A DNA stretch of 64,000 nt from positions 1 to 64,000 of IMG/VR virus record IMGVR_UViG_3300048599_000737; one strand, 5' to 3'. Both the position numbers and the translations under genes were made by a program. The DNA is from a virus. Taxonomy: Duplodnaviria > Caudoviricetes. A model generated the notes under the pieces. That model did not search any database. It was not told the origin of the DNA and saw only the letters and a list, made by a program, of their open reading frames with translations. Shown here piece after piece: positions 56,252 through 64,000 of the stretch (the first letter of the stretch is position 1; each line of letters opens with the position of its first letter).

Positions 56252-56476
56252 TTAGCTCTTCGTTGTCTTGGTCCGTAAGCTTTCAAGCTCCTTGGACATC
56301 GCGTCCATCCGCGTGTTCACCGCGCCCTGAACCGAAGCGTACCATTTATGAAGCTGCTCCTGGTGCTCCGCCGTCATGCCCGTGCGCGGGTCCGGCTCCG
56401 GCAGGTCGAGCTTGGGCCAGGTCATTCGGGCGTGTTCCGGCTTTTCAGTGGAGGTCTGTTCTTTCAATGCGCTCAT
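56252..56476 (-). CDS. Small virion-associated protein
   Basis: ATGA overlap; start trimmed to ATG 56476. Confidence 0.6.
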   Translation of the reverse strand: MSALKEQTSTEKPEHARMTWPKLDLPEPDPRTGMTAEHQEQLHKWYASVQGAVNTRMDAMSKELESLRTKTTKS

Positions 56477-58896
56477 AATCTTCCCGCGCTCCGGCTGTTG
56501 ACGGGCGTGGTCTGCCAAATCTGCTGCACCAGCTCAAACGGGTTGTTCCGACCGCCGAGGGTCAGGCGCGCGCCGATGTAACAGCCCATAAATGTGGGCT
56601 GCACCAGATTGTGACCGGCCTGAGGAGCCGGCACCGTCGCCGACTGGCAAAAGACCGGGCTGCCAGGATTGATTCCCGTCTTAAAATCAATGGTCAGAAC
56701 CGCATTCTGCGATTTGGAGGATGCCACCGGAATATAGCGGGTCACGAGCTTCTCAATATCCGAGGCGCCCAAATCGCCCAGGCCGGACTCGATCACCGAA
56801 TCGTAAGGCTCCCCGTTACGATGCCAGATGCCTGGAAGCAGCATGAACCGACCGGTAGCCTGCGGAATGGCCCCGGTAAAAGTCATCTCGGTTGCTGAGG
56901 TGTATCCTGTGATGGCCACCGTATCACCAGAAGCAAACACGAGCGTCCGGCCCACATGCTCGGGGGCGAAGAAATCGGCCGACGCCCTCACCACTCCATC
57001 AGATGTAACCGAGGCTGTAACCTTTCCGGACTGAACCACCTTGGCGTCCCAGAGCCCGTAGCGCTGAACCCCGCCGCTATCGTCCCCAAAGAGGAACAGC
57101 CAATCGTTTCGGGTCTTGCCCGGATGCTGGACCCTGGCTGCGGCAGCAATGGGCGCGCTGGTGGTCCGACACGTCTTGTAGGCGTAGTCGTAGCACAAGG
57201 CCCGGTCCTCGCCGGTCCCCGTCCACCCCCAAACCCATTCCCGGGTCAGTGGATTTTCGCACACAAACGCGTTCTCAGGATCTTGCGCCGCGCCGTCAAA
57301 AAAGAGGCTTTGAGCCGCCTGCAACTCCGGGATTTCCTGCGGCGTCTGGGTAAACAGGTCGAACTTATAGAAAGCTTCCCTCCCGGCATAGACATGGCAG
57401 GAGCCGTAAAACCCACCGCCCGAGGCAACCACGGTATTGCGGTAATGCAGCGACTGGCCGGCGTTGGCAATAACCACCTTCTGGAATTGGTAAGGGGTGG
57501 TCGTATCCCCGGTGAACGTGCCCTGGTAAACGACCGGGGTATCCTTATAAATGAGGATCTGATCCCGGAGCTGTAGCGCCTTGATGATAATCCCCCCATC
57601 ATCGACCAAATCAATGAACGTCCCGGCGTAGCTGTCGGCGGCATCCAGCGGCTCCAGGCTCGCCTTAAGATCCTCATCCCCGTCATAGGTGATGGGGTAA
57701 AGGACGGGATCGGAAATCAGGCACGACATGGCTATATCCTTGCTCGCGGCGATGACGCTCGTGCTCAGCGTCCCGCCGCCCGACCCCGCATAGAGCACTA
57801 CAATGTCCAGCGAGCCGCCAACGAGCTTCGAGGTGGCATATCCCCCCGCCTGATTGAAGCGCACCAGCTCCGGAAGGGACCGAATTGGGTATTTAAACCG
57901 CAGCCTGCGGTCAAACAGGCTGGCCTTGACTGGAACCGTGGCCCCAAATCGCCGAGGCAAGCCCGGCATAGACGGCAGCACCCGCCACGGGTAACGCTGC
58001 ATCTTCGACGTATCGGCAAACACCCCGTATGCCTCCGACCGCTCCAGATACACCGTGCCCTCGGCAATCGCCTGCTGGGCGTCCGTGGTGATGGCGCCTT
58101 CGCTGGAAACGGAGGTGATCCGGACGGCCTCTCCGCTGTCCCAAAACAGGCAAAGACCTGGCGTTACCGTTGCGTCCGGGAACAGCTCCCCCGCCAGAAC
58201 GGAGACAACCCCGGTCGCATCCTGCGAGGCGGCAAGGGCGGACTCCGCCGGAGCCATCAGGTCATCAAAAGCATTGTCGTTAATCTGCCACAGATCCATG
58301 CAGAGCAAATTGCCGTCATGAACCGCGATAGTCCCCACGCTCGCAATCTGCTGCTCGCGCAGCTCGTAGATGGTATAGGCCGCCGGATCGCCGGGCCGGT
58401 AGGTCACTGGCAGGTCCACCCCGTTATTCAGGCATAGGTAGTCTCCCACGGCCACAGCCTCCCATCGCCGCCCGCTGGTGGATAGCCCCTGGGCAATTTG
58501 AATCCAGCCGTATTGCATCTCATCGACGTAACTGCCGGAAGCGAAGTAGTCTGATTCCCCGCCGGCACTCAGGCAGTAATGCCTCTCCTCCGTCCCCGTG
58601 TAGGCCCAGAGGGTCGTCGGATTTCCCGCAACAATCACCCGCTTTCCATCGCCACGCTTGGCCATGGCGATTACCGTCAAAGCGGTCGCGGAGCCCGGAG
58701 GTGTCACTTGAATGTCTGAAGTCACCGACGGGCTTAAGACCAGCCCAGTGTAGCCTTCGGCGCGAATCTCCCGCTCCATCACCCGGCGCCAATCCCGTTT
58801 GACGATGTAGTTCGCCAAACCGGCGGATTCCGAGGACAGCCCGGGCATAAGTTTGCCGGGCTTAATCTGGATGGGAGGTGGAGGCTGTCTGGCCAT
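56473..58896 (-). CDS. Tail stabilisation/nozzle protein (P22 gp10/T7 gp12-like position)
   Basis: About 800 aa, beta-rich, podovirus gene order. Confidence 0.7.
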   Translation of the reverse strand: MARQPPPPIQIKPGKLMPGLSSESAGLANYIVKRDWRRVMEREIRAEGYTGLVLSPSVTSDIQVTPPGSATALTVIAMAKRGDGKRVIVAGNPTTLWAYTGTEERHYCLSAGGESDYFASGSYVDEMQYGWIQIAQGLSTSGRRWEAVAVGDYLCLNNGVDLPVTYRPGDPAAYTIYELREQQIASVGTIAVHDGNLLCMDLWQINDNAFDDLMAPAESALAASQDATGVVSVLAGELFPDATVTPGLCLFWDSGEAVRITSVSSEGAITTDAQQAIAEGTVYLERSEAYGVFADTSKMQRYPWRVLPSMPGLPRRFGATVPVKASLFDRRLRFKYPIRSLPELVRFNQAGGYATSKLVGGSLDIVVLYAGSGGGTLSTSVIAASKDIAMSCLISDPVLYPITYDGDEDLKASLEPLDAADSYAGTFIDLVDDGGIIIKALQLRDQILIYKDTPVVYQGTFTGDTTTPYQFQKVVIANAGQSLHYRNTVVASGGGFYGSCHVYAGREAFYKFDLFTQTPQEIPELQAAQSLFFDGAAQDPENAFVCENPLTREWVWGWTGTGEDRALCYDYAYKTCRTTSAPIAAAARVQHPGKTRNDWLFLFGDDSGGVQRYGLWDAKVVQSGKVTASVTSDGVVRASADFFAPEHVGRTLVFASGDTVAITGYTSATEMTFTGAIPQATGRFMLLPGIWHRNGEPYDSVIESGLGDLGASDIEKLVTRYIPVASSKSQNAVLTIDFKTGINPGSPVFCQSATVPAPQAGHNLVQPTFMGCYIGARLTLGGRNNPFELVQQIWQTTPVNSRSAGRL

Positions 58897-59435
58897 TATT
58901 GCACTTTGTAGATCCAGCAGACGCTGTTACTGCTGATGGCCGGTAGAGCGGTCGGGTCCGGGGAAAGCTGCCGGATAAAGAACCCATACCAGCTATTGCT
59001 GGAGACCGTCAGCATCCCGGAGGCGAACACCGGGGTGGCGACCTGGTTGGAGGCGACCAGAACCACCCCGTTGGTGGAGCCAAAACCACACTCCCAGCCA
59101 CGGGTTGAAGCTGTGGCCGACACCGCGCATTCGACATGATACACTCCGGGCGGAAGCTCCACCGCCAGAACGGACGGAAAATAGGAGTTGGTGGAGGCCA
59201 CCAGCGCCGAGCAATTGGTGGACGCCGAGACCACGATGGAGTTGGTCGCGTTCATCACAAAGAGCATCCCAAGCGCATCGGCCTGACCGCGGCTGAGCAG
59301 CAGCCTCTGCGACCAATCCGTGGTGTACGGAATTACCCGCACCGTGCCGGCTGGCGGGTTACCGGCAAAATCCGGAAACGCGGGACACCGCATGGCGGCC
59401 GCAATGACCAGAAGGGTTGAAAACAAATTTCTCAT
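58896..59435 (-). CDS. Protein with apparent signal peptide inside the virion operon
   Basis: MRNLFSTLLVIAAAMRCPA leader; STN-rich; start trimmed. Confidence 0.65.
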   Translation of the reverse strand: MRNLFSTLLVIAAAMRCPAFPDFAGNPPAGTVRVIPYTTDWSQRLLLSRGQADALGMLFVMNATNSIVVSASTNCSALVASTNSYFPSVLAVELPPGVYHVECAVSATASTRGWECGFGSTNGVVLVASNQVATPVFASGMLTVSSNSWYGFFIRQLSPDPTALPAISSNSVCWIYKVQ

Positions 59436-59803
59436 GTCTGACTGGAAGGTTGAGCATTTCCCCCGGCGAACTGCCAGGCCCCGCCATCCCACTCCAGCAC
59501 CGCGCTGAAGGCCGTATTGTTGAAGATGAGGCTGGCAAAACCCACAAAGGCCCCCACTAACAGAAACGGGGCCGTGTTGGCGGCGGTCGAGCTATGGACG
59601 TACACCCGCTTGAACTGCCTCTGATAATTGCCGTTGGGCAACGTCAACCGGTAGGGCGAGTTATCGGACTTGGGGCTGGTCTGCATCAAATAGGTAACAT
59701 CCATTCCCAAATCGATGGCATCGTCGCCAAAGCAGTTCTGAACCGCGAACGATTGCACTGGCCGCAGCCAGGGAGGGGTTGGGGCGGGCGCCTGGGCGTT
59801 CAT
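59432..59803 (-). CDS. Virion structural protein
   Basis: ATGA overlaps on both sides; start trimmed to ATG 59803. Confidence 0.6.
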   Translation of the reverse strand: MNAQAPAPTPPWLRPVQSFAVQNCFGDDAIDLGMDVTYLMQTSPKSDNSPYRLTLPNGNYQRQFKRVYVHSSTAANTAPFLLVGAFVGFASLIFNNTAFSAVLEWDGGAWQFAGGNAQPSSQT

Positions 59804-60558
59804 TTCAATGCGCCTTTCTCCTTGGTCCGCAGGTATAGGTTGTTGCGCTTGAGATTGTATTGCTGGAGGCAGGCCGCCGCCCGGGCATAGTCGTGGTCGA
59901 TATAGCTGGCAAACTGCCCCTGCACCCACAACGCGACCGCAAAGGCGGCTTCCTCCTCGAAGGGAACCAGCTCAGCCTCGCGATAATCCAGCTTCTGACC
60001 GTCCCAGAACAGGGACAAGACCCACTCCCCGTCGATCTTTGGAAATACATAGAACTGCTCATGTTTGGGACTCAGGGCTATGACGCCCACGTGCTGTCCG
60101 GGCAGGCTCTTCACCACGGCATCCATCATTTCCATCGCGCCGAGGCTGGCTGCCGTCATGACGGTGCAGCCATGGTCAAGCTTGTCCCCGCCCCCGTTCA
60201 TGGCCAGGGAAAACCGCCGTTCCCACGCGATTTCAACGACCGGAAACCGGCGCTGCCGGTCCTGGCTATAAAGCCAAGCCCCGGTGAGCTTGCTCAGCGG
60301 CGGCAAAGCGCCCACGTGCGCTTGTCCGTCCGCAACAAAATCCTGGTTGTAATAGAGGGTTTCATGGTTCCTGTTGAACTCCGGGATGTAGTTGGATAAG
60401 TCCAGGACCGCCTGCCGAATGTGGCCCCGGTAATAGGCGGAGCTGCCGTCCGGGTTCATCTGCCCAAAGATCCGCTTGCACTCTAACGGGCACAGCGTAT
60501 CGACCTGGGCGTTAAACTGCGCCCAGGTCCATAGTCCAGCCTGCGGATCGACATTCAT
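59800..60558 (-). CDS. Head-tail adaptor (tail tubular protein A-like)
   Basis: About 250 aa; WTWAQFNAQV start, EEAAFAVALWV; position. Confidence 0.6.
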   Translation of the reverse strand: MNVDPQAGLWTWAQFNAQVDTLCPLECKRIFGQMNPDGSSAYYRGHIRQAVLDLSNYIPEFNRNHETLYYNQDFVADGQAHVGALPPLSKLTGAWLYSQDRQRRFPVVEIAWERRFSLAMNGGGDKLDHGCTVMTAASLGAMEMMDAVVKSLPGQHVGVIALSPKHEQFYVFPKIDGEWVLSLFWDGQKLDYREAELVPFEEEAAFAVALWVQGQFASYIDHDYARAAACLQQYNLKRNNLYLRTKEKGALK

Positions 60559-60561
60559 GCG

Positions 60562-60972
60562 TTACTTCTTCTTGCGCGCCTGAACCGCGACCACCTCCAC
60601 CGCCTCACTCACGCTCTCCAGCGGGGTCACGGGTGGCTCCAGTGGCGGGACCGGGGGATTCGTATCGATGGGTTCTCCCGAGCCAACCGGTTCCGACACG
60701 CCCGGCGTCGCGGACGAAACTGCCAAAGAAGGCGCATAGCTGTTGGAGGCGCTGGTCTTAATCCGCAGGGCTTTGCGGTATTGGGCCTCGGCAATACCGG
60801 TGACGCCCGACTTCGGGTCGAGCGCCAGCTTGTCCAGCAAGGCGATCTCCTTCTCTTCAGCCGTGGCATACACGCCCAGCCAGGCGCCGGTGTGCTCGTA
60901 GGGCGCAAACTGGATAACCCCATCCCCCACGCGCAGCGGGCGGTTACAGTTGGTCAGGTGATAGAATTTCAT
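60562..60972 (-). CDS. Hypothetical virion-operon protein
   Basis: Start trimmed to ATG 60972; Pro-rich, basic tail. Confidence 0.6.
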   Translation of the reverse strand: MKFYHLTNCNRPLRVGDGVIQFAPYEHTGAWLGVYATAEEKEIALLDKLALDPKSGVTGIAEAQYRKALRIKTSASNSYAPSLAVSSATPGVSEPVGSGEPIDTNPPVPPLEPPVTPLESVSEAVEVVAVQARKKK

Positions 60973-60983
60973 AGGCGTGAAAA

Positions 60984-61532
60984 CTACTGCGTCCAGAACC
61001 CCGCTCGCGCCTGCACCCGCAGCGCATTGGTCCCCTGGTAATTGAGGGAGACGAGCTTGAACCACTTGGCGCCCAAAAAGTTGGAGGCTGGCACAAACAC
61101 CAAACACGAAGCCGGGTTGGTTTGGCTTGAGGCCAGGTTGGTCAGGCTGAACATGGCATTGGTGGCGGGCGGCCAGTTGCGCGCCAGCGCCGCGTCATCC
61201 AGCGCCGTGGCGATGGTCGCGCTGAAGCTGGTCGCACTTTGCGCCGTAACCGCGTTGGTCATATCCTTCCCCACCTGCGCGGTCAGGAACTGGAATGTGA
61301 CACCGGTCGCGTTGGGGTCCACCGCGTCCACCCCCTTGGTGCTCATCCATTGGCCCTGGCCGGGAGGATAGTTCGCGCCGGAGAGGTTGGTGGCCCCGGG
61401 TTGCATCACGAAGTTGGTGGCGAGCAAATCGCCGCCGTAGTAGCTGGCGGTCTGCGCCCAGGCTGCCACCGGCAGCGCCAGGCCCAGAATCAAGCCGGCC
61501 TGGTGAGATAAGGTCTTGCTTAAGTGAGTCAT
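60984..61532 (-). CDS. Signal-peptide-bearing, TN-rich protein directly after the capsid gene
   Basis: AGLILGLALPVAAWA/QT, an AxA signal peptidase I-type site. Confidence 0.7.
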   Translation of the reverse strand: MTHLSKTLSHQAGLILGLALPVAAWAQTASYYGGDLLATNFVMQPGATNLSGANYPPGQGQWMSTKGVDAVDPNATGVTFQFLTAQVGKDMTNAVTAQSATSFSATIATALDDAALARNWPPATNAMFSLTNLASSQTNPASCLVFVPASNFLGAKWFKLVSLNYQGTNALRVQARAGFWTQ

Positions 61533-61559
61533 AGATTATTGGGTAATTAAAAGGCCGGG

Positions 61560-63452
61560 TTAGTTGCTCACGGTCAGGTCGTAGCCCGGCACGGTGAGCT
61601 TGGCGCCCGCGTCGGCGTAGTTCTCGATCAGGCGATGGCGATTGGTGTTGCCCACCGCCACCTCGAAGGTCCGGCTATTGAGCTGCACATGCTGCACGTT
61701 CTGGGTCATGACGTACTTGTAGAGGTTGTCCGCCAGGTTGTTGGTGCGCGGCACCGACTTGCTGGCAATCACCCCCACCGCGATGTCCGACCAGTCAATC
61801 ATCCAGATCGCGCGCCCGGCGGATTTCTGTCCGGTCTGGAACTGGGCCACCTTGTCGTCGAAATACTCATCGCTAAAGACGTGCAGCGTGTAGCCGTAGT
61901 CGGGCAGCTCATAGGAGTCATACTCGAAGAGCACCGCGCCGTTGAACGTGTCGGTGATCTTCTTGCCCGACTCGACGAACATCGTCACGTCGTCGATGGC
62001 GTACTTCGCCTTGAAGTAGCGGATCATCAGCTGCCGAATCATGGGCCGGGTAAACCGGCGATCCGTCATGACATCGATGTCCGTGACGGTCACCCTGGAT
62101 TCCTCTTCGCGCTCCCGCTTGACGTAGTAGCCCGCCTCAAACAGCGCATCCAGGTCCAGCGGCCCCGCCTGGCAGTCATACACGTTGCCCGAGGCCGCAA
62201 TCTGCGTGCGGATGCCGACGGTCCGGGAAACATACTCGATGAGCTGCGTCCCGGTCTCACCCGAAGCCGCCCAGGCCGGGTCTTCCACATGCGGCAGCTT
62301 GTTCCAGGTGCTGATGGTCTGAAGCTCGTTCTCCACGTCGCCGTAAAAGCAGGTCTCGTAGAAAAAGTCCTCGTTCATCTTCTCCTGCTGCGCCCGCAGC
62401 TTGGCCAACGGCAGCAGGCGGAACTTCTTCAGGCCCTCGCTCGTGGTGGACGCCGCCAGCGCCTCCACATACTGGTCGTTGAACTTGTGATTCCACCGCT
62501 GCGTCTGGCGCCAATACTCGATCAGCCCATACTCGTTGAATCCGGGAAGCTGGGCGCCATACGATTGGTAGTCGCTTACCGCGTTGACCCCGACCTTTAC
62601 GATGCCGGTCGTCGGCTGATACGTCGCCTGCGCCGCCGCGGTCGCGTTCTCCCACCAAAGCGTGGTGTCGTTGATCGACCCGTTGCCAAACGCCCCGGTC
62701 AGCAGCGTGCCGCTCGGGATGGTCGAGTCGCCCCGGAACGTCCGGTTGGGAATCACTAGCACGTACGCCTGGTTGGCGTCCGGCCCGGCGGCGGAGTCCA
62801 CCACCCGCAGCTGGCTGGTGATCTTGCTGTTGGCCCCGTTCAGGAATTCCGCCGTCAGGCTGTGCCGGGGCAGAAAATACTTCTCCGGGCTCTTCAGCAC
62901 ATTGTTGGGCGATTTGGCAAACGGCGAGCTGTCGGCATCGATGCTGCCGTTGTTGACCACCAGCACCCAGCAGGCGCCCACCCCGGCGTTCAGCGTGATG
63001 GTCCCGTTGGAGATGCCGGTGAAGGAAACGTTCGCCCCAGCCGTGCCGCCCTGGGCCGTGAAATTGGCCAGCGAGAACCCGCCGGACACGCGAAAATACC
63101 CGGGGTTCACCCGGTTGCGCCTCGGAATCAGCCGGAAGGGCTGAATCACCGACTGCGCCGCCGCCCCGCCGCCGAGCTTGAGCGGGGTGTGCCGGGAAAG
63201 CAGCAGGTCGGTAAGCGTCCGCTGCTTGCTGCCCGCCAAACGCCCCTCCTTGGTCTGGGAGATGATCTTGTCCAGGCCGACCTCCTTGAACATCGTCCCC
63301 TCAATATCCGACTTGTTCCAGCCGGTGTAGTTGGCGCGGGTCAGGCTCATCGCGTCGTCAACCACGATCAGCCGAGGATCGCTGTTCGTGGGGTTGAAAC
63401 TGTTGGCCGCGCTGTTGGGTGCCTGCGCCGCGCCGGGAGGTGTATTTGCCAT
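61560..63452 (-). CDS. Probable major capsid protein (630 aa, with insertion domain)
   Basis: Follows the scaffold; HK97-like C-half (RTVGIRTQI, FDDK, IWMIDWSDI, VAVGNTNRHRLIEN). Confidence 0.75.
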   Translation of the reverse strand: MANTPPGAAQAPNSAANSFNPTNSDPRLIVVDDAMSLTRANYTGWNKSDIEGTMFKEVGLDKIISQTKEGRLAGSKQRTLTDLLLSRHTPLKLGGGAAAQSVIQPFRLIPRRNRVNPGYFRVSGGFSLANFTAQGGTAGANVSFTGISNGTITLNAGVGACWVLVVNNGSIDADSSPFAKSPNNVLKSPEKYFLPRHSLTAEFLNGANSKITSQLRVVDSAAGPDANQAYVLVIPNRTFRGDSTIPSGTLLTGAFGNGSINDTTLWWENATAAAQATYQPTTGIVKVGVNAVSDYQSYGAQLPGFNEYGLIEYWRQTQRWNHKFNDQYVEALAASTTSEGLKKFRLLPLAKLRAQQEKMNEDFFYETCFYGDVENELQTISTWNKLPHVEDPAWAASGETGTQLIEYVSRTVGIRTQIAASGNVYDCQAGPLDLDALFEAGYYVKREREEESRVTVTDIDVMTDRRFTRPMIRQLMIRYFKAKYAIDDVTMFVESGKKITDTFNGAVLFEYDSYELPDYGYTLHVFSDEYFDDKVAQFQTGQKSAGRAIWMIDWSDIAVGVIASKSVPRTNNLADNLYKYVMTQNVQHVQLNSRTFEVAVGNTNRHRLIENYADAGAKLTVPGYDLTVSN

Positions 63453-63519
63453 AATCGGTTCGCTGTGTTCGCGTTATTTGTTACCCTTATTGTAGGGTTA
63501 CTTTTACGCCTCACAACGA

Positions 63520-63557
63520 AACCGGCGCGGATGGACGCATTTCCATCCGCGCCGGTT
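63520..63557 (-). terminator. Perfect 16-bp GC-rich hairpin between scaffold and capsid genes
   Basis: AACCGGCGCGGATGGA-cgcatt-TCCATCCGCGCCGGTT. Confidence 0.6.
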
Positions 63558-63588
63558 CAATCTCGAACCCGTTTGGCCTTCTACAAAC

Positions 63589-64000
63589 TCAGCGCCCCCG
63601 CTTCAGGCTCGACACAATCGACGCCACCGGGATGGGTGAGCCATCGGGATTGCCCTGCGCGGGCGGGGTCGTGGCGGCTCCCGGCGCCTGCGCCGGAGTG
63701 GCCCGGGGAGGCCGGATTTCCCGGGGTTCCTCCCCGGGTTTGGTTTGGTCTTTGGCAACCGGTTTTCGGGCGGCCCGTTCAAAGCCCAGCTGTTTGGCCC
63801 GTTTCAGCTCGGTCGCCACATTGCTTTCCGCCTCTTCCTTGCCCCGGATGGCCATCATATCGACAATCGCCGCGTCGGTGAACGTCCAGAATTTCGACGT
63901 GGTCCAGTCCGCCGCGTTGAAGGCCCGGGCTTCGGCGGCGCTGTAGCCCGCCTCCCCGGGAGTAATCATGGCGATAAACTCATCGCGTGGGAGAAACCGT
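63589..64000 (-). CDS. Probable scaffolding protein, C-terminal part (5' end outside the window)
   Basis: Frame open to the window edge; Ala/Pro/Lys-rich C-terminus upstream of the capsid gene. Confidence 0.6.
   Translation of the reverse strand, partial: RFLPRDEFIAMITPGEAGYSAAEARAFNAADWTTSKFWTFTDAAIVDMMAIRGKEEAESNVATELKRAKQLGFERAARKPVAKDQTKPGEEPREIRPPRATPAQAPGAATTPPAQGNPDGSPIPVASIVSSLKRGR

Larger units (their letters stand above)
1..64000. mobile_element. Temperate phage/prophage (podovirus-like virion module) with internal cargo; extends beyond the window, at least on the right
   Basis: Phage replication cassette, tyrosine integrase, and capsid/tail/ejection gene order; no host housekeeping genes in 64 kb. 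Confidence 0.88.

Overview
The window reads as a temperate phage or prophage with a podovirus-like virion module. The likely host is Verrucomicrobiota (Pedosphaerales/Limisphaerales-like), inferred from the style of the secreted proteins. There are four blocks. (1) 1-6.7 kb (+): recombination and replication genes (endonuclease, PD-(D/E)XK exonuclease, Sak4-like ATPase, SSB, initiator, DnaB, HU). (2) About 6.7-28.5 kb: cargo, with two XRE regulators, a beta-propeller/di-haem cytochrome c protein, a C39-peptidase/RHS/HNH-type toxin with immunity gene and a 1446-aa adhesin, candidate defence genes (Abi-alpha, a HEPN-like protein, a protein with a HicA-like tail) and two orphan receiver domains. 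(3) 28.7-40.7 kb (+): early genes (MoxR-type AAA plus VWA-like partner, clamp-loader-like AAA, HNH-AP2, MTase-SNF2 helicase fusion, tyrosine integrase). (4) 41.3-64 kb (-): virion genes (scaffold, major capsid, head-tail and tail proteins, tail fibre, radical SAM, GNAT, three ejection-type proteins including one of 2816 aa). Top leads: a circularly permuted exonuclease, a signal-peptide RHS toxin with a YD-bearing adhesin, a duplicated covarying stem-loop element, a radical SAM plus GNAT pair and signal-peptide genes inside the virion operon, and a GTWACCCT intergenic motif shared by all blocks. No CRISPR array, rRNA or convincing tRNA was seen. All family assignments come from motif recognition by eye, not database searches.
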